From: an uncultured Bacilli bacterium
Lineage (GTDB): Bacteria > Bacillota_I > Bacilli_A > RF39 > UBA660
Reading direction: 5' to 3'
Assembly (NCBI GenBank): GCA_949065595.1
Contig: CARSXK010000007.1
Coordinates: 1,769 to 16,528 of the forward strand
Length of the DNA: 14,760 bases
Shown here: piece by piece, positions 1 through 7,962 of the stretch
Layout: every line of letters begins with the position of its first letter
Position numbering within the stretch: position 1 is the first letter of the stretch
Program-made: the position numbers and the translations under genes
The notes under the pieces: model-generated
Told to the model about the DNA's origin: nothing
Seen by the model: only the letters and a program-made list of their open reading frames with translations
The model's database searches: none

Positions 1-795
1 TGGCCCTGTTGGCCCTTGTGGAATGGCAAAATCCAATAAAACATGGTCTCCCACTGTTTGTTGCATAACAGCGGCCATTGTTCCTGGTTGTAAAGTTGCT
101 ACATTCCCAACTTGAAATTGAAAACTCACCCCTGTTGGTCCTATTGGTCCTGGAATACCTTGTGGTCCTGGTGGCCCTTGAATATGACCAACATTTTCCC
201 AATTATTGCTGGTATCTGACCATACATATAAATCTCCACCCACTAAATAAGCATCTGATACATTCCCAACTGGATGAGCATTTATCAAATCAGCAAATGT
301 ATCATAAGATCCTAAAATATTTACTCCGGTTCCTGCTGGCCCTGTTGGCCCTGTGGGTCCTGTTGGTCCTGTTACACCAGTTGGCCCAATCAAACCTGGA
401 ACACCTTGTGGTCCTTGAAGCCCTTGGGGTCCTGTCGGTCCTGTCGGTCCTGTAGCGCCATCCAGCCCATTGTCTCCTGGAAGTCCTGGGATGCCTTGAA
501 GTCCTTGTGGACCCGTGGGTCCTATTGATCCTGGGATGCCTTGTGGTCCCTGAAGCCCTTGAGGTCCAGCAACCCCTTCTGGTCCCGTTGGCCCTGTGGG
601 TCCAGTCGGTCCTGTTATCCCCGTTGGCCCTGTTGGTCCTGTTGGTCCGCCAGATGGTCCTGTTGGCCCCGTTGGGCCTGGTATGGCAATTACATTAGAA
701 ATATTTCCGCAAACATTTTGATCCGCTTCAATTTTGGCAAGTGCTTCTCTATATATATTACTCGATGGATTTCCACAATTATTACAAGAATTCAT
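1..795 (-). CDS. Collagen-like (Gly-X-Y) triple-helix repeat protein, N-terminal 265 codons; the 3' end runs off the window
   Basis: Minus-strand ATG at 793-795, preceded by GGAGGA (complement of 802-807). Hand translation gives [65 protein letters not shown]..., with about 115 aa of GXY repeats. A non-collagen insert follows ([50 protein letters not shown]), then more GXY, then [44 protein letters not shown] checked the frame codon by codon at both ends and at 301-342, and it stays open to position 1. It is missing from the ORF track only because no stop lies inside the window. Confidence 0.85.
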   Translation of the reverse strand, partial: MNSCNNCGNPSSNIYREALAKIEADQNVCGNISNVIAIPGPTGPTGPSGGPTGPTGPTGITGPTGPTGPTGPEGVAGPQGLQGPQGIPGSIGPTGPQGLQGIPGLPGDNGLDGATGPTGPTGPQGLQGPQGVPGLIGPTGVTGPTGPTGPTGPAGTGVNILGSYDTFADLINAHPVGNVSDAYLVGGDLYVWSDTSNNWENVGHIQGPPGPQGIPGPIGPTGVSFQFQVGNVATLQPGTMAAVMQQTVGDHVLLDFAIPQGPTGP

Positions 796-853
796 AATGA
801 TTCCTCCTTTTCTATTATAAAATATGCAGCTTTTAACTTTATTGCTAATACAT

Positions 854-892
854 ATGTAGATAAAAAAATGTAGATTTCATTTTTATCTACAT
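854..892. repeat. Three copies of the octamer ATGTAGAT (direct at 854-861 and 868-875, inverted at 885-892); the outer copies extend to 13-bp hairpin arms (854-866 / 880-892)
   Basis: Read directly: ATGTAGATAAAAA-aatgtagatttca-TTTTTATCTACAT. It lies 60-100 nt upstream of the collagen-like gene start, between that gene and the terminator of the preceding gene. Confidence 0.6.
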
Positions 893-916
893 TTTCATGA
901 ATATATCATTTGAATC

Positions 917-941
917 AAAAAGAGTCCATTTAGACTCTTTT
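917..941 (-). terminator. Rho-independent terminator downstream of the 50-aa ORF
   Basis: Stem AAAGAGTC (919-926) / GACTCTTT (933-940) with a 6-nt loop. On the minus strand the stem runs into CTTTTTG. It starts 2 nt after the stop codon at 943-945. Confidence 0.6.
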
Positions 942-942
942 A

Positions 943-1095
943 CTACATCATATTTTCTAGCTTTTTATTTGCTTTTTTCATAGTTGCATCTACTGCTTTT
1001 TCTACACTTTTTTTGACAGGCTTATTATACTTTTGATACGCCAAAACAGCTCCCGCACCTAAGCCCATAAGTGCCATATCTTTTACAAATTTCAT
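943..1095 (-). CDS. Small (50 aa) hypothetical protein with a Gly/Ala-rich hydrophobic N-terminus and a Lys-rich tail
   Basis: MKFVKDMALMGLGAGAVLAYQKYNKPVKKSVEKAVDATMKKANKKLENMM. The internal ATG at 1093-1095 is preceded by GAAGGTGA. The track ORF start at 1143 has no RBS. A terminator follows the gene. Confidence 0.55.
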   Translation of the reverse strand: MKFVKDMALMGLGAGAVLAYQKYNKPVKKSVEKAVDATMKKANKKLENMM

Positions 1096-1126
1096 ATTAT
1101 CACCTTCTCGCCAAAAAATATGAACC

Positions 1127-1145
1127 GTATGTATACTATACATAC
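1127..1145. repeat. Perfect 19-bp palindrome GTATGTATA-C-TATACATAC
   Basis: Read directly. It lies between the recD2 stop (1169) and the start of the small ORF (1095), inside the small ORF's presumed promoter region (TTGCAA on the minus strand just upstream). Confidence 0.7.
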
Positions 1146-1168
1146 ATTCATAGTTTGCAACAAAAAGA

Positions 1169-3385
1169 CTAATTTATACATATTTTTTTTAATTTCTGAC
1201 ATAAACTCGTTTTACGAATTCTTTCATTGTTATTTGAAACACTATAAACAAATGCCTGTGGTTCTCCAATTAAAATCAACTTTCGTTTGGCTCTGGTTAT
1301 TCCAGTATAAATGAGTTTACGATATAACATTCTATAATAAGACATACAAATAGGTAAAACAACCATTTCAAATTCGCTACCTTGAGATTTATGGATACTA
1401 ATAATATAACCATGTTTTATTTTAGAAAAATCTTTGGGCAAATACTTCACTTCTAATCCATCATAATCCACATAGATTTCATTTTTTTTACTTTTGCTTT
1501 GTTGTGCAGGAATAATGTATTTAATGATCCCAATATCTCCGTTGAACACGTTTTCATCTGGCATATTGACTAGCTGCAATACTTTATCATTTTCTCTAAA
1601 TATCACATCACCTACTTGGATTTCCCTTTTCCCTTCTTCCTTTGGATTCCATATCATCTGCAATATTTGATTGAAACGATCAATTCCGTTCATCCCAGCA
1701 TACATAGGTGCCATGACTTGTACTCTTTTATAATCGTATCCTTTTTCAATTAACTGTTCTGTTAATTTTTGCAATGTTGGGCCAATTTGCTCTGATGAAC
1801 AATTTAAAAATGTAAAATCATTGGTGGTATTCAAATACTGATTACTCAACTGATTATTTTTGATTTCTTCTGCCAAAACAGGAATATAAGAATCGGTACT
1901 TTGTCGATATAATAACTCCAAAGGAACTGTAGAAATACATTCACTTAATAATAAATCCTTTAGAACTTGACCAGGACCAACGCTTGCAAGTTGATTGGCA
2001 TCCCCAACCAATACCAATTGAATATTGGAAGTGAGTCCTTTTAGCAAATGGCCAAATAATTCAACATCAATCATACTCACCTCATCAACTACAATTAAAT
2101 GTTGCAAAGCAGGATTCCATTCATTGACTGCAAACTCATTGTTATCTTTATTCCATTTTAAAAATCGATGGATGGTTGTAGCTGGAAATAAGGTAGACTC
2201 CATCATCCGTTTACTCGCTCTTCCTGTAGGTGCCAACAAAGCAATTTGTTTCTCCGCTTCTTCTGCCGTCAAATGATTGAGACTCTGATACAATTCTACA
2301 ATCGCCTTAATAATGGTCGTCTTACCTGTCCCTGGTCCTCCTGTAATAATGGTAATATGTTTTTGAAGTGCTTCTTTAATCGCCTTTTTTTGTGCTTCAT
2401 TATATTCCATTTGTTGTGTATGTTCTAATATTTTTATTTTTTCATCCAAGGTTTGATTGATGGAATCTTTCTTTTGTAATAATGTTGAAATTCGCTTTAC
2501 AATATATTGTTCTGCTTCATAAATGGCTTTTAAATAATAATATCCTTCTTCTTCTATCAATTTATGTTCCAAACACAAGTCCTTTATATTGGCTTGAAAG
2601 ACATCTTTGTCCATTTCTGCATGAAAAAATTGATTACAGTTTTCATATATTTCCTCTAATGTAAAATAAGTATCTCCTGTTTCAAAAGAAAGTTTTTTAC
2701 AAATATGTAATAATCCTGCTTTGATGCGTCTTTCATCCATTGCATCCATGTTTAATTTTAGAGCAATGGAATCCACTTTTGTAAACGTAATTTCCTCAAC
2801 ATCGTCAATGGTTCTATAAATATTATGCTCCAATTCTAGAACAGTATTACTCTTATAACAATGATAAATCGCCAAAGCATCTTTCATAGAAAAACCAAGT
2901 TCTGTTAAGTACACGATCGTTTTATGACTTTCTTCATATTGTGTTAAGTGATCATAAATCTGTTTTTGTTTTTGATAAGAAAGTTTAGGAACTAAATTTA
3001 AACATGCTGGTTCTTCTAAAATACGCTCTAAAGTTTGGTCACCTAAAACTTCTACAATTTTAGTTGCCATTTTCTCCCCAATTCCTGGAAATAAATCACT
3101 AGATAAAAAGGCAATAATACCATCTTTGTCTTCTGGCTTCATATGCTCACATTCTGTTACCTGAAATTGAAAACCATATTTAGGATGTTGAACAGTTTCA
3201 CCATGTAATAAATAGATGTCATCTTCCTTTAAATCTGCAAAATATCCAGTAAAAGTCAATGTTTTTTCAATATAATCCTTTAATTCTTCATCGTTAGTTT
3301 CTTTGACCTTTAATATGCCAATTACAAAGCCTTTTTCAGAAGAAAAAATACTTCTTTTATAAATTCCTTTTACATATTTCTGCAT
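1169..3385 (-). CDS. recD2: ATP-dependent RecD-like DNA helicase (RecD2/YrrC family, SF1B)
   Basis: 738 aa. Walker A is GGPGTGKTT and Walker B is VVDEVSMID. The C-terminal motif is SIHKSQGSEF...YTGITRAK. The N-terminal OB/HhH-like region is typical of Bacillus YrrC. Confidence 0.92.
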   Translation of the reverse strand: MQKYVKGIYKRSIFSSEKGFVIGILKVKETNDEELKDYIEKTLTFTGYFADLKEDDIYLLHGETVQHPKYGFQFQVTECEHMKPEDKDGIIAFLSSDLFPGIGEKMATKIVEVLGDQTLERILEEPACLNLVPKLSYQKQKQIYDHLTQYEESHKTIVYLTELGFSMKDALAIYHCYKSNTVLELEHNIYRTIDDVEEITFTKVDSIALKLNMDAMDERRIKAGLLHICKKLSFETGDTYFTLEEIYENCNQFFHAEMDKDVFQANIKDLCLEHKLIEEEGYYYLKAIYEAEQYIVKRISTLLQKKDSINQTLDEKIKILEHTQQMEYNEAQKKAIKEALQKHITIITGGPGTGKTTIIKAIVELYQSLNHLTAEEAEKQIALLAPTGRASKRMMESTLFPATTIHRFLKWNKDNNEFAVNEWNPALQHLIVVDEVSMIDVELFGHLLKGLTSNIQLVLVGDANQLASVGPGQVLKDLLLSECISTVPLELLYRQSTDSYIPVLAEEIKNNQLSNQYLNTTNDFTFLNCSSEQIGPTLQKLTEQLIEKGYDYKRVQVMAPMYAGMNGIDRFNQILQMIWNPKEEGKREIQVGDVIFRENDKVLQLVNMPDENVFNGDIGIIKYIIPAQQSKSKKNEIYVDYDGLEVKYLPKDFSKIKHGYIISIHKSQGSEFEMVVLPICMSYYRMLYRKLIYTGITRAKRKLILIGEPQAFVYSVSNNNERIRKTSLCQKLKKICIN

Positions 3386-3406
3386 CTTATCATTCCTATC
3401 ATTTAC

Positions 3407-3435
3407 ATTATATCAAACATACGTTCTAATTACAA
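3407..3435 (-). promoter_or_regulatory. Sigma-A-type promoter of recD2 (TTGTAA-17 nt-TATAAT) with a Cheo-box-like element in the spacer
   Basis: On the minus strand the -35 TTGTAA is at 3430-3435 and the -10 TATAAT is at 3407-3412. The spacer contains AGAACGTATGTTTG (3414-3427), against the Firmicute LexA consensus CGAAC-N4-GTTCG. Confidence 0.45.
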
Positions 3436-3469
3436 ATAAATTTCAAAAAGAAAAAAGTCTTCTATGACT

Positions 3470-4087
3470 TTATTTTTTGAATTTTTGATGTCCTTCCAGT
3501 TCGGTTTCTAATTCTACCAAACCTTTTGTCCTAATGTCTTCCAATCTTTTTTGTTCCTGTTCCAACTGAATGTTTCGTTGATAATCAATTTCTGAATATA
3601 TATTAGGAATGCAAGCACAACCACTTCCTAATAACACACTAAACAGAATCATCGTACCAATTGTTTGTTTGATTCTATCTTTTCCTTTTGATTCCTCACT
3701 GTTAGCTCTATGAAGAAGATTCACCAAAGTTTTTTCTAGATCTCCCCATTCTAAATCGAGACATTTTTTCGTATATATCTCTTTGCTGACTTTCAATATC
3801 AACCGTTTTGTTGGTGCAGATAAACATTTTGATTTTATATTTCCTTTTTTGGCGCAGAAAATAAAGTACATACCATCCTTATTCATACAAAGAAAGCCAT
3901 CTATATTTTCAATCTTCACTCTCAATTCATGCAACAAATCAGAAACAATGATATCTGCTTGACCATTCTCTGGCGATATTTGTCTAAAGACAAATGCCTC
4001 CTGATTCACATCAATATATTGCAATCCATCCATATATGTTGCCGTATCATGCAATTCATAAACCAAACACTCATAATTTTTTGACAT
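3470..4087 (-). CDS. Hypothetical single-pass membrane protein (about 145-aa N-terminal domain, one TM segment, short charged coiled-coil tail)
   Basis: 205 aa. The RBS GGAGTGGAG and a TTGACA-16-TATACT promoter lie in 4088-4140. The TM segment is TIGTMILFSVLLGSGCACIPNIY. I recognise no family motif. Confidence 0.7.
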   Translation of the reverse strand: MSKNYECLVYELHDTATYMDGLQYIDVNQEAFVFRQISPENGQADIIVSDLLHELRVKIENIDGFLCMNKDGMYFIFCAKKGNIKSKCLSAPTKRLILKVSKEIYTKKCLDLEWGDLEKTLVNLLHRANSEESKGKDRIKQTIGTMILFSVLLGSGCACIPNIYSEIDYQRNIQLEQEQKRLEDIRTKGLVELETELEGHQKFKK

Positions 4088-4161
4088 TTTCTCAACTCCA
4101 CTCCCACTAGTATACTGTATTTTTAAAATATGTCAAATTATCAAATCTAATTCAAAAACGT

Positions 4162-5448
4162 CTAATTGGTATTTTTGGAATGAATGACAAGTACACTCCT
4201 ATGTTCAAAATGAAAAGCATCTACTACTTTTCTAAAATCACTGTAATTTAAACTTTGATACTCGTCATATAAATTGCTCCTGACATGACCATATCTTACA
4301 AAATCGCTCACCAATCGATTATTAAGTCGATCTACACTATCACTCATAAAAATACAAGAACTTAAAATTGTCTTCTTTTTACGAATGAAATCTGCCTCTA
4401 TCGTTTTTGTATTTTTGAGTTCTAAATCAATACGACTAATCAATTCATCTTGTCTTTCTGTTTCTCCTTCAATACTTAACAAAATATGACTTTCAATATC
4501 AGAAAAATCAAAATATAAATCTTCTGTTACCACCTTATCTTTTTTGAGTTGTTCTAAAAAAGATGAGGTTGCGCTCAATTTAATATCCAAATAAATCGAA
4601 ACATATAAAGAAAGTAATGTATCTGGAATATCCTTCATTTCTCTTTTATTTAATTTATAATTGATGAATATTTTAGGAATCGTCACATTCATAGCAATAC
4701 TTTCAAATTCCTTATTTACGGTATCTGGTTCTTGATATTCCTGAATTTTAATTGGTTCTGGTTTTGGAAATTGTTTTCTTGCCTGATTTTTTCGAATCCA
4801 TTCCATTGTCATTTCAGGATCTACATTACCAGTAATCACAAGAGCCATATTAGAAGGATGGTAAAATGTTTCATAGCAAGTATATAAATCTTTTTCAGTG
4901 ATGGATTCTACACTTTCTTTAGTACCACCTGTAGAAATCCGAAGTGGATGCACTTGTAGCAAATTCAAATTGCTTTTTTCAAATCCAACCCGATAAGGAT
5001 TATCCATATACATTTCGATTTCTTGTATTATGATTCCCTTTTCTTTTTCTACATTTTTCTTTGTAAAATAGGGTGATTGAACAAAATCAAGTAAAAAATT
5101 CAAATTTTTTTCAAAATCCTGCGTCCCTGCAAACCAGTAATTTGTTTGCCAAGGATTGGTAGAAGCATTGCACTCACTTCCACTTTCATCAAAGAAAGAA
5201 AACGGATCAACCCCATCTTCTTGTTCAAACAATTTATGTTCCAAAAAATGGGCAACTCCATCTGGAACACGAATCATTTCTGTTTTTCCCATTGGAACAA
5301 ATTCACTAACATTAGATCCATACTTGGTAACTAATGTAGCTCTTGCATTGTTACAATTTTCTTTTGGAACAATATAAACTTGTAGACCTTGTTCTAATGT
5401 TTCCTCATAAATGGTCAAATCCAAATGCTCAAAGGGTATCTTTTTCAT
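4162..5448 (-). CDS. M16 (pitrilysin/insulinase) family zinc metallopeptidase, catalytically competent subunit
   Basis: The inverted zinc motif HxxEH is present (VAHFLEHKLFEQE). I chose the start at the internal ATG 5446-5448 (MKKIPFEHLD...), which is preceded by AGGAGG. The track start at 5499 has no RBS. Confidence 0.85.
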   Translation of the reverse strand: MKKIPFEHLDLTIYEETLEQGLQVYIVPKENCNNARATLVTKYGSNVSEFVPMGKTEMIRVPDGVAHFLEHKLFEQEDGVDPFSFFDESGSECNASTNPWQTNYWFAGTQDFEKNLNFLLDFVQSPYFTKKNVEKEKGIIIQEIEMYMDNPYRVGFEKSNLNLLQVHPLRISTGGTKESVESITEKDLYTCYETFYHPSNMALVITGNVDPEMTMEWIRKNQARKQFPKPEPIKIQEYQEPDTVNKEFESIAMNVTIPKIFINYKLNKREMKDIPDTLLSLYVSIYLDIKLSATSSFLEQLKKDKVVTEDLYFDFSDIESHILLSIEGETERQDELISRIDLELKNTKTIEADFIRKKKTILSSCIFMSDSVDRLNNRLVSDFVRYGHVRSNLYDEYQSLNYSDFRKVVDAFHFEHRSVLVIHSKNTN

Positions 5449-6715
5449 TTTTGCCTCCTTCCAATAAATAAACGGTATCAACATGAATTTTTTTAGCAAG
5501 TTCTACAATCATGTCTTTTGTTACTTTTTTGATATTGTCTATTTTTTCTTCTAGCAAATCATTTCCCATATATTCATGTACCAAATAAATATTAGATAAT
5601 AGTGTTGGGGAATCCTCTACTTCCTTACAACCACTTATGAAAGTTGCAACAGCTTTTTCCATCATTTTAGAATCAAATTCCCCTTGCTGCATACTTTCAA
5701 TTTGTTCCTTGATTAAATTTAAGGTCTTTTTAAATGTTTTCGCATCAATTCCGGCAGAAATGACCAAAGTATGATACAAATAATTGTAGTTAGAATTAAT
5801 AAAATAGCAAAGTGAATTTTTTTCACGAACCGTTTGAAATAATTTAGAGTCTCCGCCCCCACCTAAGATAAAAGAATAAATATTCATAACATATTGGCGT
5901 TCAAAAGGGGTCAGTTCTTCTACTTTACAACCAATCAATAGCTGACTTTGTGTAATATCCATCGGCTCTTTTACTACTTGTTCTTCTTCTGAAAAATTTG
6001 TATAGTTTAATATATGTTCCCCAGTTGCCATTTGATTTTTAGGCGCTACAATATATTTTTCTATGTAAGATTTTGCCTGTTGTGAATCAATATCACCAAT
6101 GACAAAAACATCTACAATTGAATTATTTATCAGATTTTGATAATAAGTATATAAATTTTTTCTTGTAATTTTTTCTAAATCTTCTAAATACCCAGAAGGA
6201 TGATAAGAAAGTTTAGAATCTGGTGCCATGACTTCATATAAACGAAGTAAACTATATCGTCTCGGATTATCCTTGGTACTACGAATGTCTTCCTCTAATC
6301 CTTTTTTTATAATATCAAATGAGGTTTCATCAAAACAACCATCTACTACATTTGGGTGATATAGTAAATTCATAAAAAAAGCAATTGATTTTTCATTCAT
6401 ACCTAATTCTGTATATTTTTCATTTAAAAACCGACATTTAAAAGATAAAATACTATATTTACCTGATCGAATATTCGCTCCATTAACAGAGATATTATAT
6501 AAATCTTCTGTCGCGATAGAAAGTGCTTTACTGGTTGGATATTCCTTGCATGTAGAAAGTAACATATCATCTAAAAAATTGCGTATTGTTATTTCTTCTT
6601 TTTTGAGCTCATTTTTATAGTTGACAATGACTTGTATCGTTTTAAAGCGATCGGTTTTTATGATGTGCAAATTATAATTTTCTTGAGACAATTTTTGATA
6701 ATTCATAGCGTTCAC
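5429..6715 (-). CDS. M16 family peptidase-like protein lacking the zinc-binding motif (non-catalytic partner)
   Basis: 428 aa with M16-like length and layout. The position of HxxEH reads NFLDD. The RBS is AGAGGTGA. Its 3' end overlaps the next M16 gene by 20 nt. Confidence 0.8.
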   Translation of the reverse strand: MNAMNYQKLSQENYNLHIIKTDRFKTIQVIVNYKNELKKEEITIRNFLDDMLLSTCKEYPTSKALSIATEDLYNISVNGANIRSGKYSILSFKCRFLNEKYTELGMNEKSIAFFMNLLYHPNVVDGCFDETSFDIIKKGLEEDIRSTKDNPRRYSLLRLYEVMAPDSKLSYHPSGYLEDLEKITRKNLYTYYQNLINNSIVDVFVIGDIDSQQAKSYIEKYIVAPKNQMATGEHILNYTNFSEEEQVVKEPMDITQSQLLIGCKVEELTPFERQYVMNIYSFILGGGGDSKLFQTVREKNSLCYFINSNYNYLYHTLVISAGIDAKTFKKTLNLIKEQIESMQQGEFDSKMMEKAVATFISGCKEVEDSPTLLSNIYLVHEYMGNDLLEEKIDNIKKVTKDMIVELAKKIHVDTVYLLEGGKNEKDTL

Positions 6716-6746
6716 CTCTTGTTTAGTATATGAATATTTTTCATTT

Positions 6747-7451
6747 TTATAATATCGATTCTAAAGCCAATTCAATCATTTTTAAAAACGATGTTTGTCT
6801 TTCTTTACCAGTCGTTTCCTCATTTGTAATAAGATTATCAGATACAGTTAAAATACAAGCAGCCCTCTTATTACATACTTTTGCATTATGGAATAAAGCA
6901 AATGACTCCATTTCTACAGCCAAACAACCATATTGATGATATAACTCTAAATAATTATTTGTTTCATTATAAAACACATCACAACTATGTATATTGGCAA
7001 TTGTAATAGGAAAGTTTAAAGCTTCAGCGGTTTGTTTAATGACTAAATTCATACTATCAGATGCATATAACATGTGATCTTCTGTTCCATTTTGGGTTTT
7101 GGCATAACTAGATTCAGAATAAGCCCCATTGACCAAAATTAAATCATATAAATTGAGATCTTTTGTATATGCCCCACAAGAGCCCACTCGAATAATTTTT
7201 TCGACACCATATACTTGAAATAACTCATAAGAATAAATTCCCATACTAGGCATTCCCATCCCTGATCCCATTATGGTAACTTCTTTTCCTTTATAATATC
7301 CTGTATATGCGTACATATTTCTAAGCTGATTCACCAATTTATAATCCTCTAAATAAGTTTCTGCAATCATTTTAGCGCGCAAAGGATCTCCTGGCATAAT
7401 AACAGTTTTTGCAATTTCACCTATATTTGCTTCATTATGTGGTGTTGCCAT
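6747..7451 (-). CDS. deoD: Purine nucleoside phosphorylase, DeoD type
   Basis: MATPHNEANIGEIAKTVIMPGDPLRAKMIAETYLED...GSGMGMPSMGIYSYEL...RVGSCGA...VEMES...ERQTSF is collinear with E. coli DeoD. The start at 7449-7451 has GGAGG 8 nt upstream. An extended -10 TGCTATAAT lies just upstream. Confidence 0.92.
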   Translation of the reverse strand: MATPHNEANIGEIAKTVIMPGDPLRAKMIAETYLEDYKLVNQLRNMYAYTGYYKGKEVTIMGSGMGMPSMGIYSYELFQVYGVEKIIRVGSCGAYTKDLNLYDLILVNGAYSESSYAKTQNGTEDHMLYASDSMNLVIKQTAEALNFPITIANIHSCDVFYNETNNYLELYHQYGCLAVEMESFALFHNAKVCNKRAACILTVSDNLITNEETTGKERQTSFLKMIELALESIL

Positions 7452-7497
7452 TTTATCTACCTCCTTATTTATTATAGCACGCAAACGATTAATTCGA

Positions 7498-7941
7498 TTA
7501 TAATTTTTTCTGCAACATTTGTAATTCTGTCAACATATAATCGACTTGTAAAAAAGAAAGACATTTTTTCTTACATACTATCAACGAATAAGAATATTTA
7601 TAATATCTCATTAATAAAAAATTTCTTTTCCACTGTTTTCTCTTTTTCAATAAATATAAATGTTGATGCCACATAATAAATTTTAAATAGTGCAAATTAC
7701 TTTTAGAATACACTTGATAAAATTGCATCATCAGTATCAAATTTCTTTTGGTAAAACCAATTATAATCCCATACTGTTTCTGCAATTCCCATTCTAATAC
7801 TTTAAGCATATGAATCGGAATGTTTTTACAAAGGTAACAGCCGATTTGATAGTAAAGGAATATCAAAATGCCATTATCAATAGGATGACTCAAAGCTTCT
7901 AAAATATACAAATTAATTTGTTTGATATCTTCTTTTTTCAT
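7498..7941 (-). CDS. DUF1016 (YhcG-like) N-terminal-domain protein; the PD-(D/E)XK nuclease domain is absent (truncated remnant or stand-alone domain)
   Basis: 147 aa from the internal ATG 7939-7941 (RBS AAGGAG). LYYQIGCYL...YGIIIGFTKRNLILMMQFYQVY...WHQHLYLL...YSYSLIV matches my memory of the DUF1016 N-terminal pattern (LYWxIG...G.GFS.RNL..MR.FY...W.H...LL...WSvReL). The ORF ends where full-length members begin the nuclease domain. Confidence 0.5.
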   Translation of the reverse strand: MKKEDIKQINLYILEALSHPIDNGILIFLYYQIGCYLCKNIPIHMLKVLEWELQKQYGIIIGFTKRNLILMMQFYQVYSKSNLHYLKFIMWHQHLYLLKKRKQWKRNFLLMRYYKYSYSLIVCKKKCLSFLQVDYMLTELQMLQKKL

Positions 7942-7962
7942 AGTCCACTCCTTTATATTAAC

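Noticed and set aside
1-700. A short-period repeat signal that could be mistaken for a tandem repeat locus or CRISPR-like array
   Set aside because: The periodicity is 9 nt, matching coding Gly-X-Y triplets within one continuous ORF. There is no repeat-spacer architecture.
78-873. Plus-strand track ORFs 78-455, 507-698 and 541-873, with Leu/Val/Pro/Trp-rich low-complexity translations
   Set aside because: They are the antisense shadow of the minus-strand Gly-X-Y collagen-like gene. GGN/CCN codon periodicity keeps the opposite strand open. They have no RBS and implausible composition.
1096-1143. N-terminal extension of the small ORF (track start 1143, MYSIHTVHIFWREGDN...)
   Set aside because: There is no RBS before 1143. 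The internal ATG at 1095 has GAAGGTGA at the proper spacing. The extension also overlaps the palindrome and promoter region.
1120-2664. Plus-strand track ORFs 1120-1314, 2025-2276, 2246-2428 and 2482-2664
   Set aside because: They are antisense to the well-supported recD2 gene or to its downstream region. They have no RBS and low-complexity translations.
5146-5377. Plus-strand ORFs 5146-5334 and 5156-5377
   Set aside because: They are antisense within the M16 peptidase gene, with no translation signals.
5449-5499. N-terminal extension of the catalytic M16 gene (MLKKFMLIPFIYWKEAK)
   Set aside because: The internal ATG at 5448 is preceded by AGGAGG. The extension would lie deep inside the upstream gene without its own RBS.
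7452-7484. N-terminal extension of deoD (MRAIINKEVDK)
   Set aside because: DeoD homologues begin MATPH. GGAGG precedes the ATG at 7451, and the extension would cover the RBS and the -10 box.
6730-7676. Plus-strand ORFs 6730-6936 and 7437-7676
   Set aside because: They are antisense to deoD and to the DUF1016-like ORF. They are AT-rich random ORFs without an RBS.
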